In this document: piece by piece, positions 18,994 to 26,696 of the stretch
How the letters are laid out: each line of letters starts with the position of its first letter
Position numbering within the stretch: the stretch's first letter is position 1
From: an uncultured Actinomycetota bacterium
GTDB lineage: Bacteria; Actinomycetota; Actinomycetes; Propionibacteriales; Nocardioidaceae
DNA: 64,000 bases
Direction of reading: 5' to 3'
Assembly: GCA_963700955.1 (NCBI GenBank)
Contig: CAVOZH010000005.1
Location: 36,561-100,560, forward strand
The notes under the pieces: generated by a model
What the model saw: the letters and a program-made list of their open reading frames with translations, nothing else
Databases searched by the model: none
Told to the model about the DNA's origin: nothing
Program-made: the position numbers and the translations under genes

Positions 18994-19467
18994 GTGATCG
19001 AACTTCGGGACACTGTCGCCATCGACGTCGCGCCGGGGGCGGTCTGGAGCTGGCTCGAGACCCTGCCAGACCACTATCCCGAGTGGCATCCGGATCACTC
19101 GGATGCGCGCTGGGTGCGCGGAAGCGCCTTCGTGCCCGGGGCGGTCATGGAGATCGGGGAATCGCTGCATGGAAAGCCGCATCGACTGCGGATGAAGGTC
19201 ACGGAGGTCGAGCCCGGCCGACGGTTGCGCTACCGGGTCTTCCCTGGGGTGAGCGGGGAGTTCGTCGTGGATGCCGTCGATGGCGGCTCGGATTTCACCG
19301 CCGTGATCGCGATGGGGGTTTCGGTACCGGTCATGGGCACGGCCGTCGACTGGTTACTGCGCCGCACCTTGGCAGGACGGCTCGAGGCGATGGCGCGCCA
19401 CCAGGCTGAAGAGGGGACGAACCTGAAGGCCTTGTTGGAGAGCCACTCAGGTCGACTCAGCCCTTGA
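18994..19467 (+). CDS. SRPBCC (START/polyketide-cyclase-like) family protein
   Basis: GTG 18994 preceded by GGGGAGGAGGG; the track start 18958 is also possible. ...[24 protein letters not shown]... is typical SRPBCC. Confidence 0.7.
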   Translation: MIELRDTVAIDVAPGAVWSWLETLPDHYPEWHPDHSDARWVRGSAFVPGAVMEIGESLHGKPHRLRMKVTEVEPGRRLRYRVFPGVSGEFVVDAVDGGSDFTAVIAMGVSVPVMGTAVDWLLRRTLAGRLEAMARHQAEEGTNLKALLESHSGRLSP

Positions 19468-20878
19468 CGACCCCGAGGGGGATCAGCCGGGCGACCTTCC
19501 GGGCGAGCCCGGCCCGGTCGCTGATGTCGGCGACGGCGTCGATGTCCTTGTAGGCCTCCGGCTTCTCCTCGGCGAGGCCCCGCCACGAGCTCCCCCGCAC
19601 GAGGACGCCCTGGGTCTCGAGCTGTTCCCGGAGCGCCCTGCCGCTGGTGTGACGGGCGGCCTGGTGCCTGCTCTGTACCCGGCCGGCACCGTGGGCTGTC
19701 GAGAAGAACGCAGGGTTCTCTGCCACCCCTGCCAAGACGTATGACGCGGTGCCCATCGTGCCCGGTAGGAGCACGGGCTGGCCGACGTCAGCCAGATCGG
19801 CCGGCAGGTCCAGGTGGTGGGGTGGCAATGACAGGGTCGCGCCTTTCCGGTGCACGCACAGGGTGCGGGGCCGACCGTCCACCGGATGCACCTCGATCTT
19901 GGCGAGGTTGTGCGAGACGTCGTAGACGAGGTCGAGCGTCGTACCTGCCTCCTCCTCGAAGACTCGCCGTACGGCCTCGGTGAGCAGCTGACGGTTGGCT
20001 CGGCCGTAGTTCGCGGCTGCGGCCATCGCCGCAAGGTATGCCTGCCCCTCAGGAGAGCGGACCGGCGTGCACGCCAGCTGTCGATCGGGCACGCGGATGC
20101 CGTACCGGCCCATGGCACGCTCCATCTCCCGGACGTGGTCGGTGCAGATCTGGTGGCCGAGGCCCCGGGAGCCGCAGTGGATCATCACGCACACCGCGTC
20201 CTGCCGCAGACCCATCCGCGCGGCCGTGCTCGCGTCGAACACCCGGTCGACGGTCTGCACCTCGAGGAAGTGGTTCCCCGAGCCGAGGCTGCCGAGCTGG
20301 CCGAGACCTCGCTCGACCGCTCGCTCGCTGACGGCTCGCCAGTCCGCTCCCTGCATCACGCCGTCGTCCTCGCAGCGCTCGAGGTCCCGGGCGACTCCAT
20401 GTCCACGCGAGACCGCGAAACGAGCGCCGCCCTCGAGCACCCGCTGCAGCTCGGCCCGGTCCGCGAGCGGCCACACGCCCCCTCGGCCCACGCCACGCGG
20501 GACGGCATGGTCGAGCCGGTCCATCACCGCAGGGAGCCGAGGCATCAGGTCCCCACGGGTCAGGTCGGGTGCGACGAGAAGCCGAACGCCGCAAGAGATG
20601 TCGAAGCCGACTCCGCCGGGTGACACCACCCCCTGGTCGTCGATGTCCGTCGCCGCCACACCGCCGATGGGGAAGCCGTAGCCCCAGTGGACGTCTGGCA
20701 TGGCGTAGGAGGCCCTGACGATGCCTGGGAGCGTGGCCACGTTCACCACCTGGGACAGCGACTTGTCGCCCTGCTCCTCCGGCATCAGCGACTTCGACAC
20801 GTAGACGATCCCGGGCACCCGCATCGCGCCCTCGCGCTCGATCCGGAACCGGTAGGGGGTCTCCGCGACGACTCTCAT
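19457..20878 (-). CDS. rtcB: RNA-splicing ligase RtcB (3'-phosphate/5'-hydroxyl RNA ligase)
   Basis: Start moved to ATG 20878 ([11 protein letters not shown]...). Motifs [54 protein letters not shown]. The 3' end overlaps the convergent SRPBCC gene by 11 nt. Confidence 0.9.
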   Translation of the reverse strand: MRVVAETPYRFRIEREGAMRVPGIVYVSKSLMPEEQGDKSLSQVVNVATLPGIVRASYAMPDVHWGYGFPIGGVAATDIDDQGVVSPGGVGFDISCGVRLLVAPDLTRGDLMPRLPAVMDRLDHAVPRGVGRGGVWPLADRAELQRVLEGGARFAVSRGHGVARDLERCEDDGVMQGADWRAVSERAVERGLGQLGSLGSGNHFLEVQTVDRVFDASTAARMGLRQDAVCVMIHCGSRGLGHQICTDHVREMERAMGRYGIRVPDRQLACTPVRSPEGQAYLAAMAAAANYGRANRQLLTEAVRRVFEEEAGTTLDLVYDVSHNLAKIEVHPVDGRPRTLCVHRKGATLSLPPHHLDLPADLADVGQPVLLPGTMGTASYVLAGVAENPAFFSTAHGAGRVQSRHQAARHTSGRALREQLETQGVLVRGSSWRGLAEEKPEAYKDIDAVADISDRAGLARKVARLIPLGVVKG

Positions 20879-20947
20879 GACTGCCCACATGTGTGCGCTG
20901 GACCCGTCGGACGTGCTGTGCTTGCCGTACGGCGATCGGAGCGGATC

Positions 20948-21370
20948 ATGAACGAAGGCGCGTCCGGCCACAGGTCGGTGCCACACACGGCAGACCTCCG
21001 CATCGAGGCATGGGCTCCCACCCGCGAAGAGTGCATTGCGCAGGCGGTGCTCGGGACCGTCGAGAGCTTCCTCGACACGTCCTCCGTGCACCCCGAGAGC
21101 ACCCGCCGACGCCAGCTCGCCGCGCACAGCGACGAGGATCTGCTCGTCGCCGTGCTGGAGGAGGTCGTGTACTTCCTGGACACGGCCGGCGAGGTTCCCG
21201 TCGACCTCGAGCTCGAACCCGTGGAGGGAGGCGTCGACGTGGAGTTCGCGATGGTCGACGCGAGCAAGCTTCCCCAGGTGGGTGCGGTCCCGAAGGCGGT
21301 GTCGCTGCACGAGCTCTCGCTCGCACCCGGACCATCCGGATGGTGGTGCTCGGTGACGCTCGACGTGTGA
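20948..21370 (+). CDS. Archease (RtcB activator/chaperone family)
   Basis: Start moved to ATG 20948. [29 protein letters not shown] ... [12 protein letters not shown]...WWCSVTLDV matches the archease HTAD and C-terminal motifs. Divergent from rtcB with a 69-bp spacer. Confidence 0.85.
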   Translation: MNEGASGHRSVPHTADLRIEAWAPTREECIAQAVLGTVESFLDTSSVHPESTRRRQLAAHSDEDLLVAVLEEVVYFLDTAGEVPVDLELEPVEGGVDVEFAMVDASKLPQVGAVPKAVSLHELSLAPGPSGWWCSVTLDV

Positions 21371-21421
21371 AGTGGCCCGACCCTCCGTGACCTGCACGGG
21401 GCTGCCTGGCGCATGCGAGGA

Positions 21422-21537
21422 CCTGCGAGGCGATTTCCCTTCGCCGGTATTGTCCGGATCAGGTTCCTAGGGGTCGCCTTCCAGTCTTTCAACCTTCTGG
21501 CCTCTCAGCCTTTCGGCTCCCTCGCCCGTCTCGCAGG
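21422..21537 (-). promoter_or_regulatory. TPP (THI-box) riboswitch aptamer with no cognate downstream gene
   Basis: The minus-strand RNA CCUGCGAG-ACGGGCGAGGGAGCCGAAAGGCUGAGAGG-CCAGAAGGUUGAAAGACUGG-AAGGCGACCCCUAGGAACCUGAUCCGGACAAUACCGGCGAAGGGAAAUCGC-CUCGCAGG contains all conserved THI-element blocks and an 8-bp closing helix. It aligns block-for-block with the canonical element at 56678-56765. Confidence 0.8.
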
Positions 21538-21625
21538 CCACTTTCAAAGGTGCGCGTCGGAGGCGGCTCGCACCAGGGACCAAGGTCCCGTATCTCGAAT
21601 ACTCCGTGCGAGAGGCCGGATGGCG

Positions 21626-22075
21626 TCAGGCCGGAGAGGGAGCATCCACGTCCGGTGAGACCGCCTCGGGGAGCACGACGTGGTACGACGTGCCCGGGAT
21701 GCTGCGGCAGCGGGCGTACTCATCAGGGCGAGGTGGCCAGTCGCGGTAGGGCAGAGAAGTGAGGCGGAACCCCACCTTCCACACGATCACGAGGCCCCAG
21801 ATCGGCTGCAGCAGGAAGAAGAGGGCGTCGCGCTTCCGGAAGCTCACTCTGCGATAGGCAGGCAGCAACAGCAGGCCCGGAAGACCCATCGCCAAGAGGT
21901 GGACCGAGTCGGCCGTCAGCTGGTCGCGGCGCATCGTGTGGGCCACATCCCGCAGGACGAGGAAGACCGCGAGGGTGAGCACCAGGAAGACGAAGGCGAC
22001 CAGGTGGCAAAGCCAGCGAGGCCTCTGTTGCGGGAGGTGGGCGCCCGCGGTCTCTGACAGTTGAGTGGCAGGCAC
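21626..22075 (-). CDS. Hypothetical membrane protein (3-4 TM)
   Basis: 149-aa ORF with GC-rich third positions and hydrophobic segments LCHLVAFVFLVLTLAVFLVL, LLAMGLPGLLLLPA, FFLLQPIWGLVIVW. No recognisable family. Confidence 0.6.
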   Translation of the reverse strand: MPATQLSETAGAHLPQQRPRWLCHLVAFVFLVLTLAVFLVLRDVAHTMRRDQLTADSVHLLAMGLPGLLLLPAYRRVSFRKRDALFFLLQPIWGLVIVWKVGFRLTSLPYRDWPPRPDEYARCRSIPGTSYHVVLPEAVSPDVDAPSPA

Positions 22076-22154
22076 GCCGCCAAGGATCTCACGCAGGATC
22101 GGAACCGGCGAGCGCTCTTCTGCGTCACAGTGTCAGCAGACAGAAGGGGGCTGG

Positions 22155-22991
22155 ATGAAGGTCGTGGCTGGGGTGCTGCTGGTCGCGGGGCTCATCGCGT
22201 CGGGCTGCGGGCAGGCGAGCTCGCCGGCGGTGACGCGGGCGACGCCCGGGTCCGAGGGGTACGACGGTCCGCTCTACGTCGCCGTGGACGAGCCGGACGC
22301 CGAGGACGTGCTCCAGCGCTCCGGGGCGGCCGGGCGGGTGCTCGAGTGCGAGGGTGCGCCGTACAACGGCAGCACGGGCAGCAACTGGGGCGTGCACGGC
22401 GGAGGCGCTGACCCGACCGCTGGGCTGGAGTCCTTCCTGCGCGACGCGCGGTGGAGCGTTCCCGCGACCGGCTACCGCGTCGAACAGCAGACCGAGCACC
22501 GCTCGCTGTTCACGTACGCACCCCGTGGTGACGTGAAGGTGGCGGTGGTCGTCGTCGACAAGCCGTCCGACCAGAACAGCGAGGCGGGCTGGGCCATGGA
22601 GAGCTATGCGCAGTGCGACCCCGCGGAGTTCGACCCGGCCGCGGATGCCGAGACCGGACACGCGGTCTGGACCGACAAGGACGGGAGGCGCGTGCCGGTC
22701 CGGCAGCTGCACTCCGCGCCCGGGGCTGAGCACTGCGGCTGGCAGGAGGCGACCTTCCTCGACTACGGCGGTGAGCGTTACGTGCGTGATCCTGAGGGAG
22801 CGCTCGAGAAGGTCTGGCTGGCGGTGACGTACGACGGTCACGCCGACCTGCCGGAGGACGCCCGTGACACCGGCTTCCGGCTCGGTGACCAGCAGCTCTT
22901 CGAGGCTGCCGACGGCCGCAGTGTCTACGTGAGGACCGGCACCGCCGTCGAGCGTTGGCCGCTGCTCGCCACGGCGGTCCACTGTTACTGA
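22155..22991 (+). CDS. Hypothetical lipoprotein
   Basis: Start moved to ATG 22155 (GAAGGGGG upstream). Signal/lipobox MKVVAGVLLVAGLIASGCG. No recognisable domain. Confidence 0.7.
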   Translation: MKVVAGVLLVAGLIASGCGQASSPAVTRATPGSEGYDGPLYVAVDEPDAEDVLQRSGAAGRVLECEGAPYNGSTGSNWGVHGGGADPTAGLESFLRDARWSVPATGYRVEQQTEHRSLFTYAPRGDVKVAVVVVDKPSDQNSEAGWAMESYAQCDPAEFDPAADAETGHAVWTDKDGRRVPVRQLHSAPGAEHCGWQEATFLDYGGERYVRDPEGALEKVWLAVTYDGHADLPEDARDTGFRLGDQQLFEAADGRSVYVRTGTAVERWPLLATAVHCY

Positions 22992-22995
22992 GCAT

Positions 22996-23017
22996 CATTC
23001 CAACGATTCGTGGAATG
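22996..23017. promoter_or_regulatory. Inverted repeat (candidate operator) overlapping the MFS promoter
   Basis: CATTCCA-n8-TGGAATG. TATTCT (23021-23026) lies 8 nt before ATG 23035, which suggests a leaderless or near-leaderless transcript. Confidence 0.4.
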
Positions 23018-23034
23018 AGGTATTCTCTCTCCTC

Positions 23035-24375
23035 ATGGAGTCGACGCACCCCGAACGCCGTACCGACGGCGACCCGAGGACTGCCCCGGGCGCGCCTGTC
23101 ATTCGACTGGGGCTCCGGCAGAACGCCGCCCAGTTCACCCTGCTCGTCGTGGTGAACGCCCTGGTCGGCGGCATGCTCGGCCAGGAGCGGACCGTCCTGC
23201 CTCTGCTGGGTCAGCAGGAGTTCGGTCTGCGCGCCTACACCGCCGGGCTTACGTTCATCGTGGCCTTCGGGCTCGCCAAGGCGGCGACCAACTACTTCGC
23301 GGGCACCTGGTCCGACAGGTACGGCCGCAAGCCCGTCCTCGTCGCCGGCTGGCTCGTCGCGGTCCCGGTGCCGCTGCTGCTGATCTGGGCTCCCTCGTGG
23401 GGCTGGGTGATCGCCGCCAACGTGCTGCTCGGCGTCAGCCAGGGGCTGACCTGGTCCACCACCGTGGTGATGAAGATCGACCTCGTCGGCCCTGCGCGTC
23501 GGGGGCTCGCGATGGGTCTCAACGAGGCCGCCGGGTACGCCGCCGTCGCGGTCACCGCCCTGGCCACGGGGTACCTGGCCCAGTCCTACGGTCTCCGCCC
23601 CGCGCCGTTCCTGCTCGGCCTGGCCTTCGCGGCGCTCGGCCTGGGGCTGTCGACGCTCGCGGTGAAGGAGACCCGGGAGCACGCACGCATGGAGGCGGCC
23701 AACCACGTCGCACGCGCCGACGGCCGCCACGACCACCTTCACCAGGATCTGACCGACCGTGAGGTCTTCACCCAGACCAGCTTCCGCGAGCCCGCCCTGT
23801 CGTCGGCCAGCCAGGCCGGACTGGTGAACAACCTCAACGACGGCCTCGCCTGGGGCTTGTTCCCGATCCTGTTCGCCGCCGCCGGCCTCTCGGTCGGCAG
23901 GATCGGACTGCTGGCCGCGCTGTACCCAGCGGTCTGGGGTGTCGGGCAGCTGTTCACCGGAGCGCTTTCGGACCGGCTGGGCCGCAAGTGGATGATCGCC
24001 TCGGGCATGTGGCTGCAGGCTGCCGCTCTGGGCATGATCGCCCTCGGGGACGCCTTCGCGGTCTGGGCCGTTGGTGCCGCCCTGCTCGGGGCCGGTACGG
24101 CGATGGTCTACCCGACTCTCCTCGCCTCCATCGGCGACGTCGCCCACCCGGCCTGGCGCGCCCGCTCGGTCGGGATCTACCGCCTGTGGCGAGACGGAGG
24201 CTTCGCGGTCGGCGCACTCCTGGCCGGAGTCGTGGCAGACGCGCTGGGCGTCAGGGCTGCGGTGTGGACCGTCGCTGCGCTGACCGCGCTCTCCGGGGTG
24301 GTCGTCGCCGTGCGGATGTACGAGACTCACCACCGTCCCGAACCCGTCGAGCAGAAGGGAGCCACGCATGGGTGA
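23035..24375 (+). CDS. MFS transporter
   Basis: 446 aa, about 12 hydrophobic helices. MFS loop motif GTWSDRYGRKPV and a second-half repeat GALSDRLGRKWM. Confidence 0.85.
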   Translation: MESTHPERRTDGDPRTAPGAPVIRLGLRQNAAQFTLLVVVNALVGGMLGQERTVLPLLGQQEFGLRAYTAGLTFIVAFGLAKAATNYFAGTWSDRYGRKPVLVAGWLVAVPVPLLLIWAPSWGWVIAANVLLGVSQGLTWSTTVVMKIDLVGPARRGLAMGLNEAAGYAAVAVTALATGYLAQSYGLRPAPFLLGLAFAALGLGLSTLAVKETREHARMEAANHVARADGRHDHLHQDLTDREVFTQTSFREPALSSASQAGLVNNLNDGLAWGLFPILFAAAGLSVGRIGLLAALYPAVWGVGQLFTGALSDRLGRKWMIASGMWLQAAALGMIALGDAFAVWAVGAALLGAGTAMVYPTLLASIGDVAHPAWRARSVGIYRLWRDGGFAVGALLAGVVADALGVRAAVWTVAALTALSGVVVAVRMYETHHRPEPVEQKGATHG

Positions 24376-25033
24376 CCGCGCCACCAAGGACGCACTCTTC
24401 GCCGAGTTCGCCGCGGTCGGCAAGGTGCTCGGAAGCCCCAAGCGGCTCGAGCTGCTCGACCTGCTGGCGCAGGGGCCGCGCAGCGTCGAGGACCTCGCAT
24501 CGTCGGCCGGGCTCGGGATGAGCACCTGTTCGGCCCACCTTCAGACACTCCGCGAGGCAGGTCTCGTCGAGACCCGGCGTGAAGGGAAGCGCATCTTCTA
24601 CTCGCTCGCCGGCGACGACGTGGCCGGTCTGTGGGACCACCTGCGACAGGTCGCCCAGCGTCACCGTCCGCACACCGAGCTCGCCCGGCGCGCGTACCTC
24701 GGCCCCGAGGACACCGACGCCGTCGACACCGACGAGCTGCTGCGCCGGATGGCCGCAGGCGATGCGGTGGTGGTCGACGTGCGGCCGGCGCCGGAGTACG
24801 ACGCCGGTCACCTGTCGGGGGCGGTGCACATCCCCTTGGAGCAGCTCGCCGAACGTCTCGCCGAGCTGCCGCGGGACCGTGAGGTCGTGGCCTACTGCCG
24901 AGGGCAGTACTGCGTGCTCGCCCACGACGCGGTCCGGCTGCTGACCGCCAACGGTCTCACCGCACGACGAGCCGACAGCGGCGTCCTCGAGTGGCGGCTG
25001 GCCGGCCTCCCGCTGGAGACCGGCGCAGCCTGA
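24368..25033 (+). CDS. ArsR-family transcriptional regulator fused to a rhodanese domain
   Basis: wHTH LGSPKRLELLDLLAQGPRSVEDLA...STCSAHLQTLREAGLV. C-terminal rhodanese VVDVRPAPEYDAGHLSGAVHIP...VVAYCRGQYCVLA. 8-nt overlap with the MFS gene. Confidence 0.85.
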   Translation: MGDRATKDALFAEFAAVGKVLGSPKRLELLDLLAQGPRSVEDLASSAGLGMSTCSAHLQTLREAGLVETRREGKRIFYSLAGDDVAGLWDHLRQVAQRHRPHTELARRAYLGPEDTDAVDTDELLRRMAAGDAVVVDVRPAPEYDAGHLSGAVHIPLEQLAERLAELPRDREVVAYCRGQYCVLAHDAVRLLTANGLTARRADSGVLEWRLAGLPLETGAA

Positions 25034-25052
25034 GGAGCGCCTGCTCCGACGC

Positions 25053-25838
25053 TCAGTGGCGACGGCCCAGCAGGCGCCTGAGGACAAGCACGACCAGCAG
25101 CACGCCGACCAGCGTTGCGGCCAGCTGCTTCCAGTAGCTCTTCATCAGGATCGGCAGCACCGTGGCCCCGAGGTCGAGTGCCTCTGCTCCACCGACGGCT
25201 TCGCGGCCAGGGGAGACCACCGCGTGAGCCGGTTGCCGCTCCGCGGTGGGCGGCGCAGCGCCGGCGGCACCCGCAGCGGCGCCACCGACCGGAGCCCCTT
25301 CCGCGGGCGCCTCGGCCGCGGCGACCTCCGGAGCGGTGGTCACCGGACCCGCCGCCTCCGCAGGCGCCGCCTCCACAGGTGCGGCCGCCGGCGGCGCACC
25401 GACCTTGGACTCCAGGCAGACCATGAACTGCTGCAGCAGCTTGTCGGAGACGTCCTGGATCACGCCGCGGCCGAACTGCGCCGGCTTCCCGGTGATGGAC
25501 AGGTTCGTCTGAACCTCGACGCTGGTGCTCTCCGACCCGGCCGGGGTCATCACTGCGGTGACCGTTGCGCCCGCCGTACCGTTGCCTCGCTTGTCCTTGC
25601 CCTTGGCCTCGACCACGAACCGGTGCGTCGACTCGTCACGCTCGAGGAAGCTCCCGGCGCCCGCGTAGACCAGCGAGATCGGACCCAGCTTCACCTTGCA
25701 CGTGCCCTTGAAGTCGTCGCCCTCCACGGACGTGACCGTCGCGCCGGGGAAGCACCCGGCCACGTCCTCGATGTCGAGGAACGCCGTCCAGGTCTCGTCG
25801 AGCGAGGCGGGGACCGTGAACGAGTGCGTCAGGTCCAT
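25053..25838 (-). CDS. coxG: CoxG-like SRPBCC protein (carbon monoxide dehydrogenase subunit G family) with Ala/Pro-rich linker and C-terminal TM anchor
   Basis: MDLTHSFTVPASLDETWTAFLDIEDVAGCFPGA...KGTCKVKLGPISLVY...ITGKPAQFGRGVIQDVSDKLL matches CoxG. The tail LAATLVGVLLVVLVL is hydrophobic. Confidence 0.8.
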   Translation of the reverse strand: MDLTHSFTVPASLDETWTAFLDIEDVAGCFPGATVTSVEGDDFKGTCKVKLGPISLVYAGAGSFLERDESTHRFVVEAKGKDKRGNGTAGATVTAVMTPAGSESTSVEVQTNLSITGKPAQFGRGVIQDVSDKLLQQFMVCLESKVGAPPAAAPVEAAPAEAAGPVTTAPEVAAAEAPAEGAPVGGAAAGAAGAAPPTAERQPAHAVVSPGREAVGGAEALDLGATVLPILMKSYWKQLAATLVGVLLVVLVLRRLLGRRH

Positions 25839-25841
25839 GGC

Positions 25842-26696
25842 CTACACCCCGGCGGCGGCGAGGACGGCGCGTCTCGTGAGCACCGTCGCGAGGTGCCTGC
25901 GGTAGTCCGCGTCGCCGTTGAGGTCGGAGGGCGGGTTCGTGCCCTCCGCGGCGGACGCGGCTGCTGCGCGCACAGCCTCGTCGGTGGCGGGCTGTCCCGC
26001 GAGCGCCTGCTCCACCGAGCGCGCCCGGATCGGAGTGGAGCCCATGTTGGTCAGACCGACACGTGCCTCACTGATGCTCCCGCCCTCGACCTTGACCGCC
26101 GCGGCGACCGCCACGATCGGCCACTGGTGCGCGACGCGGACGAACTTCTCGTAGTGGCCTCCCCACCCGGTGTACTTCGGGATCCGGACCTCGGTGAGCA
26201 GCTCGCCCTCCCCGATCGCGGTGGTGAACAGGTCCTGGAAGAAGTCGTCGGCCTCGACCGTGCGGGTGCCCGACGGGCCGACGATCGTGAAGGTCGCGCC
26301 CAGCGCGAGAGCGGGAGCGCCGAGGTCGCCGGCCGGGTCGGCGTGGGCCAGCGCGCCACCGAACGTGCCGCGGTGCCGCACCTGTGGGTCGGCGAGCTGC
26401 TCGACGGCCTCGGTCAGCAGCGCGACGTGCTCGCGCACCAGCGCGTCATGGTAGACGTCGGAGTGGGTCGTCATCGCGCCGATCACGATCCCGTCGCCGT
26501 CGTCGCGCACTCCGCGCAGCGACTCGATCCGGCCGAGGTCGACGACCACCGACGGGACGTTGAGCCGCATGCGGAGAACCGGCAGCAGGCTCTGGCCGCC
26601 GGCCAGCACCTTGGCGTCCTCGCCGCCTTCGGCGAGCGCGGTCAGCGCCTCCTCGACGGTGGTCGGTGCGACGTACTCGAACTGTGCCGGGATCAC
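25842..26696 (-). CDS. Molybdenum hydroxylase FAD-binding medium subunit (CoxM / xanthine dehydrogenase family subunit M)
   Basis: GTG 26696 overlaps the L-subunit stop (GTGA). FEYVAPTTVEEAL...AKVLAGGQSLLPVLRMR...RHRGTFGGALAH motifs. Confidence 0.85.
   Translation of the reverse strand: MIPAQFEYVAPTTVEEALTALAEGGEDAKVLAGGQSLLPVLRMRLNVPSVVVDLGRIESLRGVRDDGDGIVIGAMTTHSDVYHDALVREHVALLTEAVEQLADPQVRHRGTFGGALAHADPAGDLGAPALALGATFTIVGPSGTRTVEADDFFQDLFTTAIGEGELLTEVRIPKYTGWGGHYEKFVRVAHQWPIVAVAAAVKVEGGSISEARVGLTNMGSTPIRARSVEQALAGQPATDEAVRAAAASAAEGTNPPSDLNGDADYRRHLATVLTRRAVLAAAGV

Noticed and set aside
20875-21492. 205-aa minus-strand ORF starting inside the orphan TPP aptamer, as the possible riboswitch-controlled gene
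   Set aside because: It is a Ser/Thr/Arg-rich sequence with no family resemblance. It is the exact antisense of the well-supported archease gene, and its start codon lies within the aptamer itself.
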